Of a stretch of DNA of 64,000 nucleotides, positions 31,980 through 43,500 are shown one piece after another. The DNA lies in NCBI GenBank assembly GCA_963676395.1, contig OY781066.1:480001-544000 (forward strand), written 5' to 3'. The translations under genes and the position numbers were made by a program. The notes under the pieces are model-generated. The model saw only the letters and a list, made by a program, of their open reading frames with translations, did not search any database and had not been told where the DNA came from. The stretch's first letter is position 1, and each line of letters opens with the position of its first letter. This DNA is from a bacterium (GTDB lineage Bacteria > Fidelibacterota > Fidelibacteria > Fidelibacterales > Fidelibacteraceae).

Positions 31980-34817
31980 CTATTTAAGTAAAAGCATTTT
32001 ACGTGTTTGAATGTTTTTACCTGAAGTCAATTTATACATATAAATACCGGAGGCTAAACCATGGGCATCAAAGTACTGACTATATGTACCGGCTGATTGA
32101 TATTCGTTCACCAGTGTTTTAACATGACGACCGCCAAGATCATAAACGTCCAGTTTTACCTTCGCATCTCTGGTTAAAACATATTCAATGTTCGTAACAG
32201 GATTAAACGGGTTAGGATAGTTTTGCTTTAACTCAAAAGCCGCAGGAATAATATTTTTCAAACCAACTTCAAGGGTATCAAGAATGCTATCAGAATAAAT
32301 TCTATATTCGCCCGCTGCCAGTGATATACCTGCATTTACATCAGTGACGTTCATCTCATCGCGAGTAAAATACTCGTACCAGGTTCCTGTATTATGGAAA
32401 GCAGGTGTTGCTGTTTGTGTTATCACATCAAAATTACCCAGAACAACCACATTGATGCCACCTTCAGATAGTTTTAGACGTTTTGTAGAAATATTACTAC
32501 CTACCCATTGATCTACATTATTTGCCGATGAAAACACGGGATAGGTTTTTCTTAAAAAGTTCATGGCAGAATACAGTTCATAAACATCATGGCGATCCAT
32601 ATCTTCGAAATATTCCCATTTCACGGGTTTCTTCCCTGTACGACCATTATATTCGATAGAATATGAATAACCAAGTTCGCCAAATTGCCAAATCATTTTA
32701 GGTCCCGGATATGATAATAAGAATACGGCTGCAAGTTCATTTCGATCTAGCGCCGTCCCCTGAATCTTGATATTATAGCCTCCGTTACTGTTACCATATT
32801 CTTTATTTCGAAATGTAACACGTTCCTCATCATGACTTTCCATATAACCGACAAGATGACGCCAGCTCCAACTACGATTTGCATGATAAACTCCACCAAG
32901 ATCTGAAGATGCCAGATAGCCCATTGAAGCTTCGGAATAATTATGATTTGCATTTCCCCATAACATCATACCATAGTTTGCCAGCTCGTTTTCCTCACTG
33001 TTATCACCAAAATGTTCAAGAATGATATAAGCACTGGGATCTACATCCCAAATTTTATCAGCCATTCGCTTTAATATAGCAATACGACCTGCATCATAAT
33101 TCCCCCAATAGCCAACATTATCACCGGAATTCGTTTGAGTAAAACCTTTAGAAAGGTCAAATCTATATCCATCTACGTGATATTCTTCAATCCAGTATTT
33201 ATTTGCACGATCAAGATAATATTGGGTATGTTTGCTTTCATGATTCGCATCATTGAAAACATTAAAAGGATGTCGTGCACTGGTATTAAACCAAGGATTA
33301 TCCGAAGTCGGAGCACCATAAGTTCCTTCATTATAAAGACGTACAAAAGGGCTCTGACCAGTAGCGTGGTTATATACCACATCAAGGATGACCGCAATTC
33401 CTCTAGCATGACAGAGATTTACAAACTCTTTAAATTTTTGTGCGGTACCATAATACTTATCTAGGGCTTGATAAAAAGAAGGATTGTAACCCCAACTCTC
33501 ATTACCTTCAAACTCACAAACAGGCATCAATTCAATGGCGGTTACACCTAATTCTTCCAGATAATCTAATTTATCGATCAGCGATTGATATGAATGTTGA
33601 TATGTAAAATCACGAAGCAACAATTCATAGATTACTAAATTATCCTTATGAGGTTTAACATAGGCTCCATCAGTCCAGGCAAACACATCGGGAGTAGGAT
33701 CCACAACAGCTACGGGGAAATCGGTTTTACCATCAGGATATAACTTGAGATCAGGATAAACTGCCGGCGAAATATATTCATCATTCCATGGATCCAAGAT
33801 TAATGAAGAATAGGGATCGGCAATGCGTATCTCGCCATCTACCAGATATTGAAAGCCCTGTTCTTCGGCATAAGAATTAGGAATACTTAACCAAAATACC
33901 GTTGAATCCGGAGCCGGTTCATATTTTTTCAATTGATAAGCCGGATCAATCATCCAATCATTAAAATCACCTATCAGATACACAAAATCTTTTCCGGGAG
34001 CAAAAAGAGCAAAATCTAAAGTCGAAGCATTAACCGCCACCCCCATTTCGGTACCCGAAGGCATAGTAGCCATATTGTGAGTATATTCTACAATACACAC
34101 TCGGTCAGTGGTATCAACTTCACTTCCTTTATTTGCAATGGCGTAAATATAGTTTTTACCTTCAGTAAAATGATGTGCCTGAATGGTATATTCCAGTTCA
34201 TCTACACTTGTAGCCGTGGTTAATTGAGTATTATTTAAGTACAAAGCAATATTATCGGCGGTTTCACTTGTTTCCACTCGAACATTCTGAGGTGCAGAAT
34301 CATCGGGAGACCTGAAAATAGGAGAACGCTCAGCAACACCAAAATCAATGGAAGCAGATGGTTCAAAAATAGCAACGGAAAAAACATCTTCGTATAATGT
34401 TAAATAGATATCTGAATCTCCAGCATCTTTGCCAACTTTAGAACCCGTAGCATCTCTAAAAACAAAAGCCAGCTTTTCTATTTGCGTACTAGTTGGACAA
34501 GAATAAAAATCATATACAGAGCCTATAACCAGTTTATATAAATTATCCGAAACCTTGGTCATGGTATTTTGGGTAGTATTTACCCCCCAATTCCATGGAA
34601 CAAATTTCCAATCGCTACCGTCACCACTCTGATCTGTGATCAAACCACAATGAGCATAAATAGATCCGGAATAATCTTTAAGTGCCTGATTCCCCATGGC
34701 AGCGTCATAAAAAATAACAATAGAATCGTTCTGAGTTGCAAATGCGGGTTCCGAGTAGATCACTTGTGCAAATGAAAATGCACTTGTTACACATAACAAT
34801 AATGCTAGCTTTTTCAT
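31980..34817 (-). CDS. Secreted GH13 alpha-amylase with T9SS type A C-terminal tail
   Basis: Signal peptide; YELLLRDF, SWGYNP, DVVYNH, DGYRFDL, ILEH, ESHDE; QNYPNPFNP...SGIYMY...KMLLLK. Confidence 0.9.
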   Translation of the reverse strand: MKKLALLLCVTSAFSFAQVIYSEPAFATQNDSIVIFYDAAMGNQALKDYSGSIYAHCGLITDQSGDGSDWKFVPWNWGVNTTQNTMTKVSDNLYKLVIGSVYDFYSCPTSTQIEKLAFVFRDATGSKVGKDAGDSDIYLTLYEDVFSVAIFEPSASIDFGVAERSPIFRSPDDSAPQNVRVETSETADNIALYLNNTQLTTATSVDELEYTIQAHHFTEGKNYIYAIANKGSEVDTTDRVCIVEYTHNMATMPSGTEMGVAVNASTLDFALFAPGKDFVYLIGDFNDWMIDPAYQLKKYEPAPDSTVFWLSIPNSYAEEQGFQYLVDGEIRIADPYSSLILDPWNDEYISPAVYPDLKLYPDGKTDFPVAVVDPTPDVFAWTDGAYVKPHKDNLVIYELLLRDFTYQHSYQSLIDKLDYLEELGVTAIELMPVCEFEGNESWGYNPSFYQALDKYYGTAQKFKEFVNLCHARGIAVILDVVYNHATGQSPFVRLYNEGTYGAPTSDNPWFNTSARHPFNVFNDANHESKHTQYYLDRANKYWIEEYHVDGYRFDLSKGFTQTNSGDNVGYWGNYDAGRIAILKRMADKIWDVDPSAYIILEHFGDNSEENELANYGMMLWGNANHNYSEASMGYLASSDLGGVYHANRSWSWRHLVGYMESHDEERVTFRNKEYGNSNGGYNIKIQGTALDRNELAAVFLLSYPGPKMIWQFGELGYSYSIEYNGRTGKKPVKWEYFEDMDRHDVYELYSAMNFLRKTYPVFSSANNVDQWVGSNISTKRLKLSEGGINVVVLGNFDVITQTATPAFHNTGTWYEYFTRDEMNVTDVNAGISLAAGEYRIYSDSILDTLEVGLKNIIPAAFELKQNYPNPFNPVTNIEYVLTRDAKVKLDVYDLGGRHVKTLVNEYQSAGTYSQYFDAHGLASGIYMYKLTSGKNIQTRKMLLLK

Positions 34818-34951
34818 CGTTTTCCTTCGCTTAAATTACTACTTTGTTCAGACTGAATATTATAAATTTTCAAAGATTTATACAAGGAAATAATCGGCAG
34901 GCAGCCTGTCCTTTAAGTGGTAGGACAGATGCTAGTTGTGAGTGGGAAATG

Positions 34952-35068
34952 GTGAACAGTGAACAGTGAACAGTAAACAGTAAACAGTAAACAGTAAACA
35001 GTAAACAGTAAACAGTAAACAGTAAACAGTAAACAGTAAACAGTAAACAGTAAACAGTAAACAGTAAA
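34952..35068. repeat. Heptanucleotide tandem repeat (GTGAACA)3(GTAAACA)13 plus partial unit
   Basis: 16 full 7-nt units counted (34952-35063) in the divergent amylase/DUF1295 intergenic region. Confidence 0.98.
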
Positions 35069-35184
35069 TGGTATTACATATCTACTATTTCTCCAAGCAT
35101 AGAATTACTTTTGTCATTTGCTAACAAATTTTTATATTCACCGCAATATAGGATATAATTTTCTTATACAGGAAGGGAGTTAAC

Positions 35185-36036
35185 ATGACGACACTACAAG
35201 TCACACTATTGATTCTTGGCATTTCAATTGTTATTTCATTTATCTATGGTTTATTCACTCGAAATTATTCAACCGTCGATCGACTATGGTCAATATTACC
35301 AGCCATTTACGCTCTTATTTGGATGAAAGATTTCATTCACAATCCACGCTTTGTCATTGCTACAATTCTGGTTTGCGCATGGGCTGTGCGTTTAAGTTGG
35401 AATTTCGCTCGTAAAGGCGGCTATAACTTCAATTTTAAAACAGGATTTACTGGAGAAGATTATCGTTGGGAGGTATTGCGTAAGCGCATACCGAATCGTT
35501 TTATCTTTGAACTTTTCAATCTTTTTTTCATCTCCGGCTTTCAGTTAATATTAATATTTTCTTTTACTTATCCTCTATATGTCATGGGACAAGTTGACAC
35601 GGCTCTAAACTGGCCGGATTATTTGTTATTTGGCATACACGCTTTATTACTGTTTGGTGAGTTCATCGCAGACATTCAGCAATTTAATTATTACAAGAAT
35701 CGCGAATCCATAGAATATAAAGAATCTGCTCGTTATCAGTTGGGGTTTAATACATTTGGACTTTGGAAGCATTCCCGACACCCAAACTATCTATGTGAAA
35801 TGGCTCAGTGGGTCATTGTAGGCATCTATGCCTGGCGCCTCACCGGAGAATGGATGATCATGATCGGTACTGCAGTACTCATACTTCTCTTTGTCGGCTC
35901 TACCGGCATGGCCGAAGGTATTACAAACGGGAAATATCCACGTTACCAAGAATGGCGTAAGGTCACCGTCCCCTGGATTGGAATCCCTTTCTTAAAAGCA
36001 AAAAGAAGAAAAGCCTTTTTGGATTCGCTAAAGTAA
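35185..36036 (+). CDS. DUF1295 (steroid 5-alpha-reductase-like) membrane protein
   Basis: NYSTVDRLWS, GEDYRW, ADIQQF, GLWKHSRHPNYLCE. Confidence 0.88.
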   Translation: MTTLQVTLLILGISIVISFIYGLFTRNYSTVDRLWSILPAIYALIWMKDFIHNPRFVIATILVCAWAVRLSWNFARKGGYNFNFKTGFTGEDYRWEVLRKRIPNRFIFELFNLFFISGFQLILIFSFTYPLYVMGQVDTALNWPDYLLFGIHALLLFGEFIADIQQFNYYKNRESIEYKESARYQLGFNTFGLWKHSRHPNYLCEMAQWVIVGIYAWRLTGEWMIMIGTAVLILLFVGSTGMAEGITNGKYPRYQEWRKVTVPWIGIPFLKAKRRKAFLDSLK

Positions 36037-36193
36037 GCACAACATCAAATAATGTAATTAAGTTCTATATAAACTCGGATTAAAACCTGAGGCTTTTGTG
36101 CATTTGCAATATTATATTTTTGTATTATATTTAAATAACTATTGTAGTCTGAACAGCTTTTTACTTTAGCTCTAATATTTATGAGGTATACAT

Positions 36194-36391
36194 ATGAGAT
36201 CCAGATTCTTCTCCATAATTCTACTTCCATTAGCTATGATCACTATTAATTGCATTTTCACTCCCGAAGATCCTCAAGAAGAAGAGATCATTGTGCCGCT
36301 GCCGATTAATCTTATGGTAAACAACTCCGGCATTCCGGATTGGTATCCTTCTACCTATGTTAAACAGGAATCAGAAAATGCCATTTGTTAA
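36194..36391 (+). CDS. Short putative lipoprotein, possibly truncated paralog of the downstream gene
   Basis: Signal ending ITIN-C, GAGG RBS; IPDWYPST matches VPKWYPST in the next ORF. Confidence 0.45.
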   Translation: MRSRFFSIILLPLAMITINCIFTPEDPQEEEIIVPLPINLMVNNSGIPDWYPSTYVKQESENAIC

Positions 36392-36415
36392 CATAAATCA
36401 ATTTATGAGTCTAAT

Positions 36416-37225
36416 ATGAAAAAATCTATTTCAATACTTCTTGTCTTTATTGTGTTAGTAGCAAGTACTCTATTTGCTCAAGAAAAACCCAAAGTTCCTA
36501 AATGGTATCCATCCACCAAAACACATTCAAAACGTGAAATGAAAAGATATGAGTCAAAATACAATCGTTTTATCAATACCTACCATTTAGAAAATGTAAA
36601 AGGAGGCGTTGATAGCATCAATGCGCATCTGAAGTATATACGATTCAACGATAAATTTAAAATTTGCAATTTCACTAACACCACCGATTCAATTGAAGTT
36701 TTTAAAAATAAAATATTTTCTTTTTATCGCTATTGGTGGCGAATATTTTCAAATGAACGTTTTGAAATAGATTCCTCAAGAATATTTATTGATGATGGTG
36801 GCTGCCTACAAGGGAGATTTACTATCAAGCATCCTTACGATCCTTCATTAAATATTCTTAAGCGTGAATTAGGTTCTTTAAGTGCAAGTGTTGATAGTGA
36901 AGGACATTTATTCTATATGCATTCATCACTTGTCCCTCACCTTCGCATACCGAATCAGCCCCTGATCACTAAAAGTGAAGCATTCCGTATTATCGAAGGA
37001 TATACATTCACCATTAATCAACCTATACATTTATATCATAAAACCTTTACCTTGACACGAGAAAAACTCAATGATCCAGAGCTAACCGTTTATACACAAA
37101 AAATAAATAAAAAGAGTTTAAAATATCGCCTCGTTTGGAGATTTCAAACTCGCGAGGTTATTGTATATATTGACGCTATGACAGGGGATATCATTGAACA
37201 CAAAATTACGTTGCTATTTATGTAA
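36416..37225 (+). CDS. Exported hypothetical protein with PepSY-like C-terminus
   Basis: Signal peptide (LFA-Q); ITKSEAFRI...YRLVWRF...VYIDAMTGDII. Confidence 0.65.
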   Translation: MKKSISILLVFIVLVASTLFAQEKPKVPKWYPSTKTHSKREMKRYESKYNRFINTYHLENVKGGVDSINAHLKYIRFNDKFKICNFTNTTDSIEVFKNKIFSFYRYWWRIFSNERFEIDSSRIFIDDGGCLQGRFTIKHPYDPSLNILKRELGSLSASVDSEGHLFYMHSSLVPHLRIPNQPLITKSEAFRIIEGYTFTINQPIHLYHKTFTLTREKLNDPELTVYTQKINKKSLKYRLVWRFQTREVIVYIDAMTGDIIEHKITLLFM

Positions 37226-37248
37226 TAAATATTGCACAAAATTAACAG

Positions 37249-37272
37249 AGCTCCTAGAATAGGAGCTTTTTT
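37249..37272 (+). terminator. Intrinsic terminator
   Basis: AGCTCCTA-GAA-TAGGAGCT-TTTTT. Confidence 0.8.
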
Positions 37273-37430
37273 ATATCAATAATATTAAGGACATAATAAC
37301 ATTCTTCGTAAATACTATATTGCTACTCCGCTTAAATTTACGTTCAAGCAACATACACAAAGGGCTCGATAACATCGAGCCCCATGCATATATCTTTTCC
37401 GATTTCCGATTATCGGTCTCGGTTACAGAT

Positions 37431-39413
37431 TTATTTCATCAGAACCATTTTGTTAACAATAGTAGCATTGTCAGCAGTCAACTGATAGAAATATACGCCT
37501 GATGCAAGATTTGCACCGTCAAAAATGACATCATAAGCGCCTGCATTAACATAACCGTTTACCAAGGTTTTAACCTTGCGACCGGCCATATCAAATACGG
37601 TTAAATTCACATCTGAACCCGAAGGAACAGAGAATGAAATTGTTGTAACAGGGTTGAAAGGGTTGGGATAATTCTGTGCTAGAGTAAATTCAGCAGGGAT
37701 ATCTTCAACAGCAACACCCGGTGTAGGTGTCCACTCACTGTAGAAAGTAGGATTGATACTACCAAAAGCAATGTACAAATAACTTTCAGCTTGTGAATCA
37801 TCAATGTTTACAATATGGTTATTACCATAACCGCCTTCACCACCTTCATTATCACCACCGTTGATACCGAATTTACATTCTTGAGCAACAGTATGACCTG
37901 AATCGGGAGAAAGCATATATGTCAATGTATAAATTGAATCACCGGCAGTGGCATCGCCATGTGTACCATCATCATACATTACGCGGTTTGTATCTGACAT
38001 TAATGAAGAGCCCCAGCCTGCCCATGTACCTTCAGCATAATTTGAAAAAGGTCCATTCATAGCAACACCGCTGATTTGAGAAACACTAGAAATATCCTGT
38101 GTTCCCTGAATATCATTCAACACTTTGCCAGCAGCTACTGTTGCATAAGCAGGACGAAGATCACATTCAACGTGAACAGTAACATTCTGTGAAAGAAGAC
38201 TTCTATTACGGAAGAAAGGCATGCGGCGTTCTTCACCACCATCAGTTTCAACATCGGCGATTTCTTCATCACCATCAGCGATAATCACGCGACGACGTTC
38301 AGCAGCTGAAGGTGTAGAACCATCATAGTTAAAGTTATAATAAACTTCACGTTCTTCAGCACCCTCTTTAATCATGTAATACTGATAATATAGATATTCA
38401 CCAAATACAACTGAAACATCAGAGGCTTGTGCCTGATACATTTGCGTACCACCCACGTGAGTCATCTGTAGTGTATGAACTTCATTTGAACTCAATTCAT
38501 AACCAAAACGTACTTCAAGAGTATCACCAATTTCAAAACCGTTATTTTCAACGGCATCAGCCATATTTACACCAAAAAGGATGTCGGCTGTATCAGCACC
38601 ACCAAAATCACCACCGGGAACATCATTCCACCATACCCAAGCGATCGTTGTATCTTTTGCAGGCAAACTAATCCGACGGTTTTCGGATGCTCCGTAAGAG
38701 CCATTCATATTTTCACTGTCATCCCATGTATCACCATTTACAAAGCGATAATTTTCGGACATAGGAAGAAATGAGGGATCAAGTTTCAGATGATAATTCC
38801 AAAAGTCAGATGAACCTTCCTGTGCCATAGCATATGCATCGGGAGTCCACATATTGGTACCTGAACCATTCAAAGGAAAACCACCAACAATGTTCATTCC
38901 TCTATCAGCACTATAATTTTCATAAGCACTCATATTGATACGGAAGAAAATATCAATTGAATCGGAAGGTGTGTAGGGAGGATTATAATCGTTATTTACA
39001 TAAGCAACATCAAGAACTGTATCACCTGATGCAGGCATAGTGAACATACGGTTTCCACCGGGAATGGTTACATTTTCCCAGTTGTAACCTTCTTCAACAG
39101 TTGAATCATAATAGCAAATCTTATATGCCATACGCCAACCGGCCATTGAATCCGGATATGCCACTGTTAATTCCCAGTAGTCTCCACCGACGTTAACGGC
39201 ATTCTGCGAATCATCTCCCCATGTCAGGAAATTGTTCTGCCATTTATCAACACCTTCGGGGCCAACTTCTGCACCACGGATTTGAACAGCGTAAGTTGAG
39301 TCAGCGGCACCCAACCCTGTAAGAGTAGACATATTTGCTACGTAAGTTACATTGATATCAGCCAATGCAAACGTAGCAAAGATGACCATCAAGATTACAA
39401 GAAGTTTTTTCAT
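37431..39413 (-). CDS. Secreted T9SS-tailed protein with four CBM20-like beta-sandwich repeats
   Basis: Repeats open VTYVANMS / IFFRINMS / ILFGVNMA / VHVECDLR, Trp-rich; MYDDGTHGDATAGDSIYT motif; QNYPNPFNP...KMVLMK tail. Confidence 0.75.
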   Translation of the reverse strand: MKKLLVILMVIFATFALADINVTYVANMSTLTGLGAADSTYAVQIRGAEVGPEGVDKWQNNFLTWGDDSQNAVNVGGDYWELTVAYPDSMAGWRMAYKICYYDSTVEEGYNWENVTIPGGNRMFTMPASGDTVLDVAYVNNDYNPPYTPSDSIDIFFRINMSAYENYSADRGMNIVGGFPLNGSGTNMWTPDAYAMAQEGSSDFWNYHLKLDPSFLPMSENYRFVNGDTWDDSENMNGSYGASENRRISLPAKDTTIAWVWWNDVPGGDFGGADTADILFGVNMADAVENNGFEIGDTLEVRFGYELSSNEVHTLQMTHVGGTQMYQAQASDVSVVFGEYLYYQYYMIKEGAEEREVYYNFNYDGSTPSAAERRRVIIADGDEEIADVETDGGEERRMPFFRNRSLLSQNVTVHVECDLRPAYATVAAGKVLNDIQGTQDISSVSQISGVAMNGPFSNYAEGTWAGWGSSLMSDTNRVMYDDGTHGDATAGDSIYTLTYMLSPDSGHTVAQECKFGINGGDNEGGEGGYGNNHIVNIDDSQAESYLYIAFGSINPTFYSEWTPTPGVAVEDIPAEFTLAQNYPNPFNPVTTISFSVPSGSDVNLTVFDMAGRKVKTLVNGYVNAGAYDVIFDGANLASGVYFYQLTADNATIVNKMVLMK

Positions 39414-39508
39414 TAGATTACTCCTTTTTTTGTTTCTTGTTTATCTTCTTTGTTAACTTTTTCTAATTAATGTGAAACGCAGTAAATCGCATTTCTACAT
39501 TTTTCACC

Positions 39509-40540
39509 TTAAAATGTTAAAGCAAATGAGGTTGTATTCAACATACCTAACCTGCCATAATTTTGGAATGAATAGTCAAAAATAATATTCATTCCGGATA
39601 TATTTAAATTCAAACCAAGTCCCAGTGTTAAACCACTTTCGCTTTCAGATTTGAACAATGATTGATAGCCGGCGCGAACCGAAATGATATTTGCGATCAT
39701 CCAGTCGGCACCTAGATTTAATGTCTGTGCATCATTCGTGGGACGAACAACATCTGCAGCTAAAACAAGACGATTGTTTCGAGTATTAAGTACCGGCATT
39801 GAAGCACCGATAATATAGGTTAAAGGAATTGCCCACGTATCAGTTTTTAAATACGAAACAATATTCTCATTATTACCATCTGACGCTTCATCAAGATCTA
39901 CCTGAACTAAAAGATCTCGTCCACGCATTTCCATGGAGCCCCCAAAATTACGGATGCTGGCACCGATCTGAAGTCCGTTAAATTGTGTAATAAACAGTAA
40001 ACCCAAGTCAAGCGCAACGGTTGAAGCACTTTCATTATATATCTGCTGATTAATGTACTTTACACTCGCTCCGATAGAGAACCTGTCTGTCATATTTCTT
40101 GCATAACTCAAAGAAATAGACATATCGCTGGCCTGCCAGAATTCACCGGTACCATCAGGCTCTTCAACCGTAGTAACGGGTTCCCAGTCACCATAATTCA
40201 AACTATTCAATGAAACACCAAAAGCATCAGATGATGTTAACATATACTGCGCTCCAAACCATGTGTGCTGCGAATCCACAAAGTAATTTGTAATGGATGT
40301 GTAAACATCGGATTTACCGACCCTTGACATCGCACCCGGATTCCAGAACAATGCGGTAGGATCATCCGAAATAGCCGTATAAGCGCCTCCCATAGAAATA
40401 GCTTTACCACCCACCGGAACATTCAAAAAGTTCGCTGCGACTGTTCCAACTTTATCCTGAGCAAAAGCGGCAGTAACAAGTCCCATACAGATCAATAATA
40501 TTGAAATAGCTTTTTTCATTTTTGTATTCCTGTTCATCAT
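39509..40540 (-). CDS. PorV/PorQ-family outer-membrane beta-barrel
   Basis: FLNVPVGGKAISMGGAYTAISDDPTALFWNPGAM; C-terminal F; overlaps upstream stop. Confidence 0.88.
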   Translation of the reverse strand: MMNRNTKMKKAISILLICMGLVTAAFAQDKVGTVAANFLNVPVGGKAISMGGAYTAISDDPTALFWNPGAMSRVGKSDVYTSITNYFVDSQHTWFGAQYMLTSSDAFGVSLNSLNYGDWEPVTTVEEPDGTGEFWQASDMSISLSYARNMTDRFSIGASVKYINQQIYNESASTVALDLGLLFITQFNGLQIGASIRNFGGSMEMRGRDLLVQVDLDEASDGNNENIVSYLKTDTWAIPLTYIIGASMPVLNTRNNRLVLAADVVRPTNDAQTLNLGADWMIANIISVRAGYQSLFKSESESGLTLGLGLNLNISGMNIIFDYSFQNYGRLGMLNTTSFALTF

Positions 40541-43500
40541 TTGATCACCGCAACCTTTCCGGATTTTTTACCCACTGAGGATTCAATCACGTAAAAGTAA
40601 ACACCAAAAGCAATATCCAGGTTCTCGCTTGTCTTTAGATCCCAAGCAAGCGTACCATTATGAATATCACCATCATGATTCAATGTTCTAACCAATGAAC
40701 CTGCCGATGTAAAGAGATATACTTTCGCATCTTCAGGTAATCTACGGAATTCGATTCTTCGCTCACCTCGTCCCGATGTTACTGCGGGAGGAAGTGGCGC
40801 TTCCATGTTATTAGCTACAATATATGGATTTGGAACAACCTGAACATTTTCCAATGAAGTTATCGCATCATCAGTGTTCACTTCGGGTACTTCGGTTGTA
40901 AATTCAAATACGTCACCGTTTCTGAAGGGTTTCTTTGTAATAATACTTAAGACATCGCCATTACCAAATTTATTACGGGTACCTTGTTCTCTAAATGTTA
41001 TAACCCAAGAATAGATCGCATTTAAGGAATCGGTATCTCCCGGCAAATAAAAGAAGGTCGAGAGCATTGCGCCATTGGACAATTCATAAATATCTGATGA
41101 GTTTTTATGACCGCCTGAAAATATAAATGGCACAACACAAGAATCCGTAACATTGTAGAGATAGAAGTTGGTTTCTACCGCTGAAGGTCTTAAAAATGAC
41201 GGTAATGTTGAATAAACATTATCAATTAAAAACTGAGGTGTAGAATAACCAATAGATGTGGAATCAACAAATCTGATCTCAAAATCAGCCGGATATGGTA
41301 TACCTGTCATAATGGTATCACCGAATGATGATGCAAATGCTTTCATTGAGAAATCCATTTGGCGACCATTTGTATTATTCCAAAATGTGTTATCTTCATC
41401 CTTTTCAATGATCCAATCATTAGCAAAGACCAACTGCAAACCATCAAAAATATCTGAATCCTTTGTTTCTCCTGAGTATGGCGAGCCTAAAATATTTGGA
41501 CTTTCATAGACGGGATAATACTGATAATTAAGGATATAATTCCCTTTTTCATAAGCACTACCGTCTATCAATTTAATTCTTCCTCTTAAGGTATCGAATT
41601 CAAATTCATCAACATCAAGATAATCATTGGGATAATCGACTTCCGCGATCAAAATACTATTTTTAATCAAATGTTCTTTCGCCAGATAAACATATTCAGT
41701 ATCCACTTCAACTATTTCTCTATGTCCCGTAAGGTCCATGATGGTATATAAAGTTGTAATGGGTGTATATTCATCCGGATCTAGAACATCAACTAAAAAA
41801 TCTTCATCATTATCAAGACTATCAGATTTAGTATCAATAAATGTTACACGGTATGTATGATCAGACAGTTCTGCTTCATCAAGGATCTCATAAGCGATCT
41901 CACCACTGGCGGGACCCTCATCGTGGAAAAGTTTTGTATCTTGATTTAAAGCATCATAGCCTGCGACAGCCGGTTGAGGTCTTACAACAGCAGTATTAAC
42001 ATCGGTAATAATAGAACCATCTGGCTGTACCGAGATAAACTTGGTGTTTTCTGAAGGGTAGATATCATTTGCCTCATCACCGCGATCATAGGCGACAACA
42101 GCATAATAATACTGTTTTCCATTAACAACATCATTATCAACATAAGTATGCTGTAATCCTGTATTATTACCCAGATTAACCGTATAACCATCGGCTTCTT
42201 GGAACAATTCGGAACTCGGTTCAAACATTCCGCTGATATGATTATCAAGATCGTATTGTTTAAAGGCTTTATAACCCGTGACGACACCATTGGCATTTGT
42301 TACACTGTATACTTCATTAAAATCAGAGTCAGTGGCTTTGTAAATTTTATAACCTTCAAAATCTTGTTCTTTGGTTACCGGATCAATTGATTTCTCCGCA
42401 TCTCGGTTCCAGTATAATGTTACTTTTCCATCACCCGGAACAGCGGTAAGAACAGGTTTATCGGGTGGTGAGGGGAAACGATAGTCAGAATCATATATCT
42501 TTTGTACCGTTGTACGATTTTTATATAAATCATCCAGATCATGACCATAAACAAGGGCAAGTGAGAAACGCTGGGTTTCACCCGCTCTTAAAGGGAAATA
42601 ACCTGAACCGTAAATAAAGTCACCATCTTCACCGGCAACAGGTTCACCGTTTTGGATATTGGTAGGTAGGTCAAAGTAACCCGGCTTCAACCAATCCCAA
42701 AGTTTATCATCATCATCCATAGGATATTCGTTGGAAGGTGTAAAATAATTGAACGAACTCAAACCGATCTGGTCAGATTCATCAACATCGGTTGCATCAA
42801 AATTCGGTTCACCGGCAGTAGGAAGTCCATCACCTTCACCAAAGTCGTTGGTATTGTCTTTACCATCTGCACCAACATCATCAAATTCCATATTCCAGTC
42901 ACCGTCGTTGTCAATGCCATCGGCTCGTTTTTCATCAATCATAGGATCATTAACACCCTGACCGGTAATATAATCCACATAACATACGGGATTTAAAATA
43001 TCATAGAGCTTCACATTGATCATTTCTTCACGATCGCCATCGCCATCAACATCATATTTATCGGCTTCTTGTTTTAAACGAACTTGACGATAATGGTAGA
43101 TATAGTTTTCATCAATCAAACCATCAAGGTCATTATCAATACCATCATAAGCGTTCTGGTTCATATTATAAAATTCATCGATAGGATTACCTTCGATCAA
43201 TTTTGTAACACCGGCTTCGATCGTTATTGACGCACCGCGTGTATTAAATGTTTGGGGACTTTCTGTGATCGTTACAACCGTACGACTGTAATCTTCGTTG
43301 ATCACAACCACCTGATCGCCTATTTCATAGACAATCGTATCAAAATCGTCAGCAACAAATTTCGGAGCTGAAAAAGCTAAGGCCGGATTTGTTTCAATCT
43401 CATTGTCTCCATCATTATCAATACCATCATATTGGTTGCCGGGAGATTCCAAGAAAGCATATCCGACTAAACCGACAGGTCCTTGCCATTTAGGGTTACG

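Noticed and set aside
34952..35068. Repeat array as CRISPR or as a coding repeat
   Set aside because: 7-nt units with no spacers and no cas genes. The plus strand has TAA in every frame. The stop-free minus reading (CLLFTVY)n has no usable start codon.
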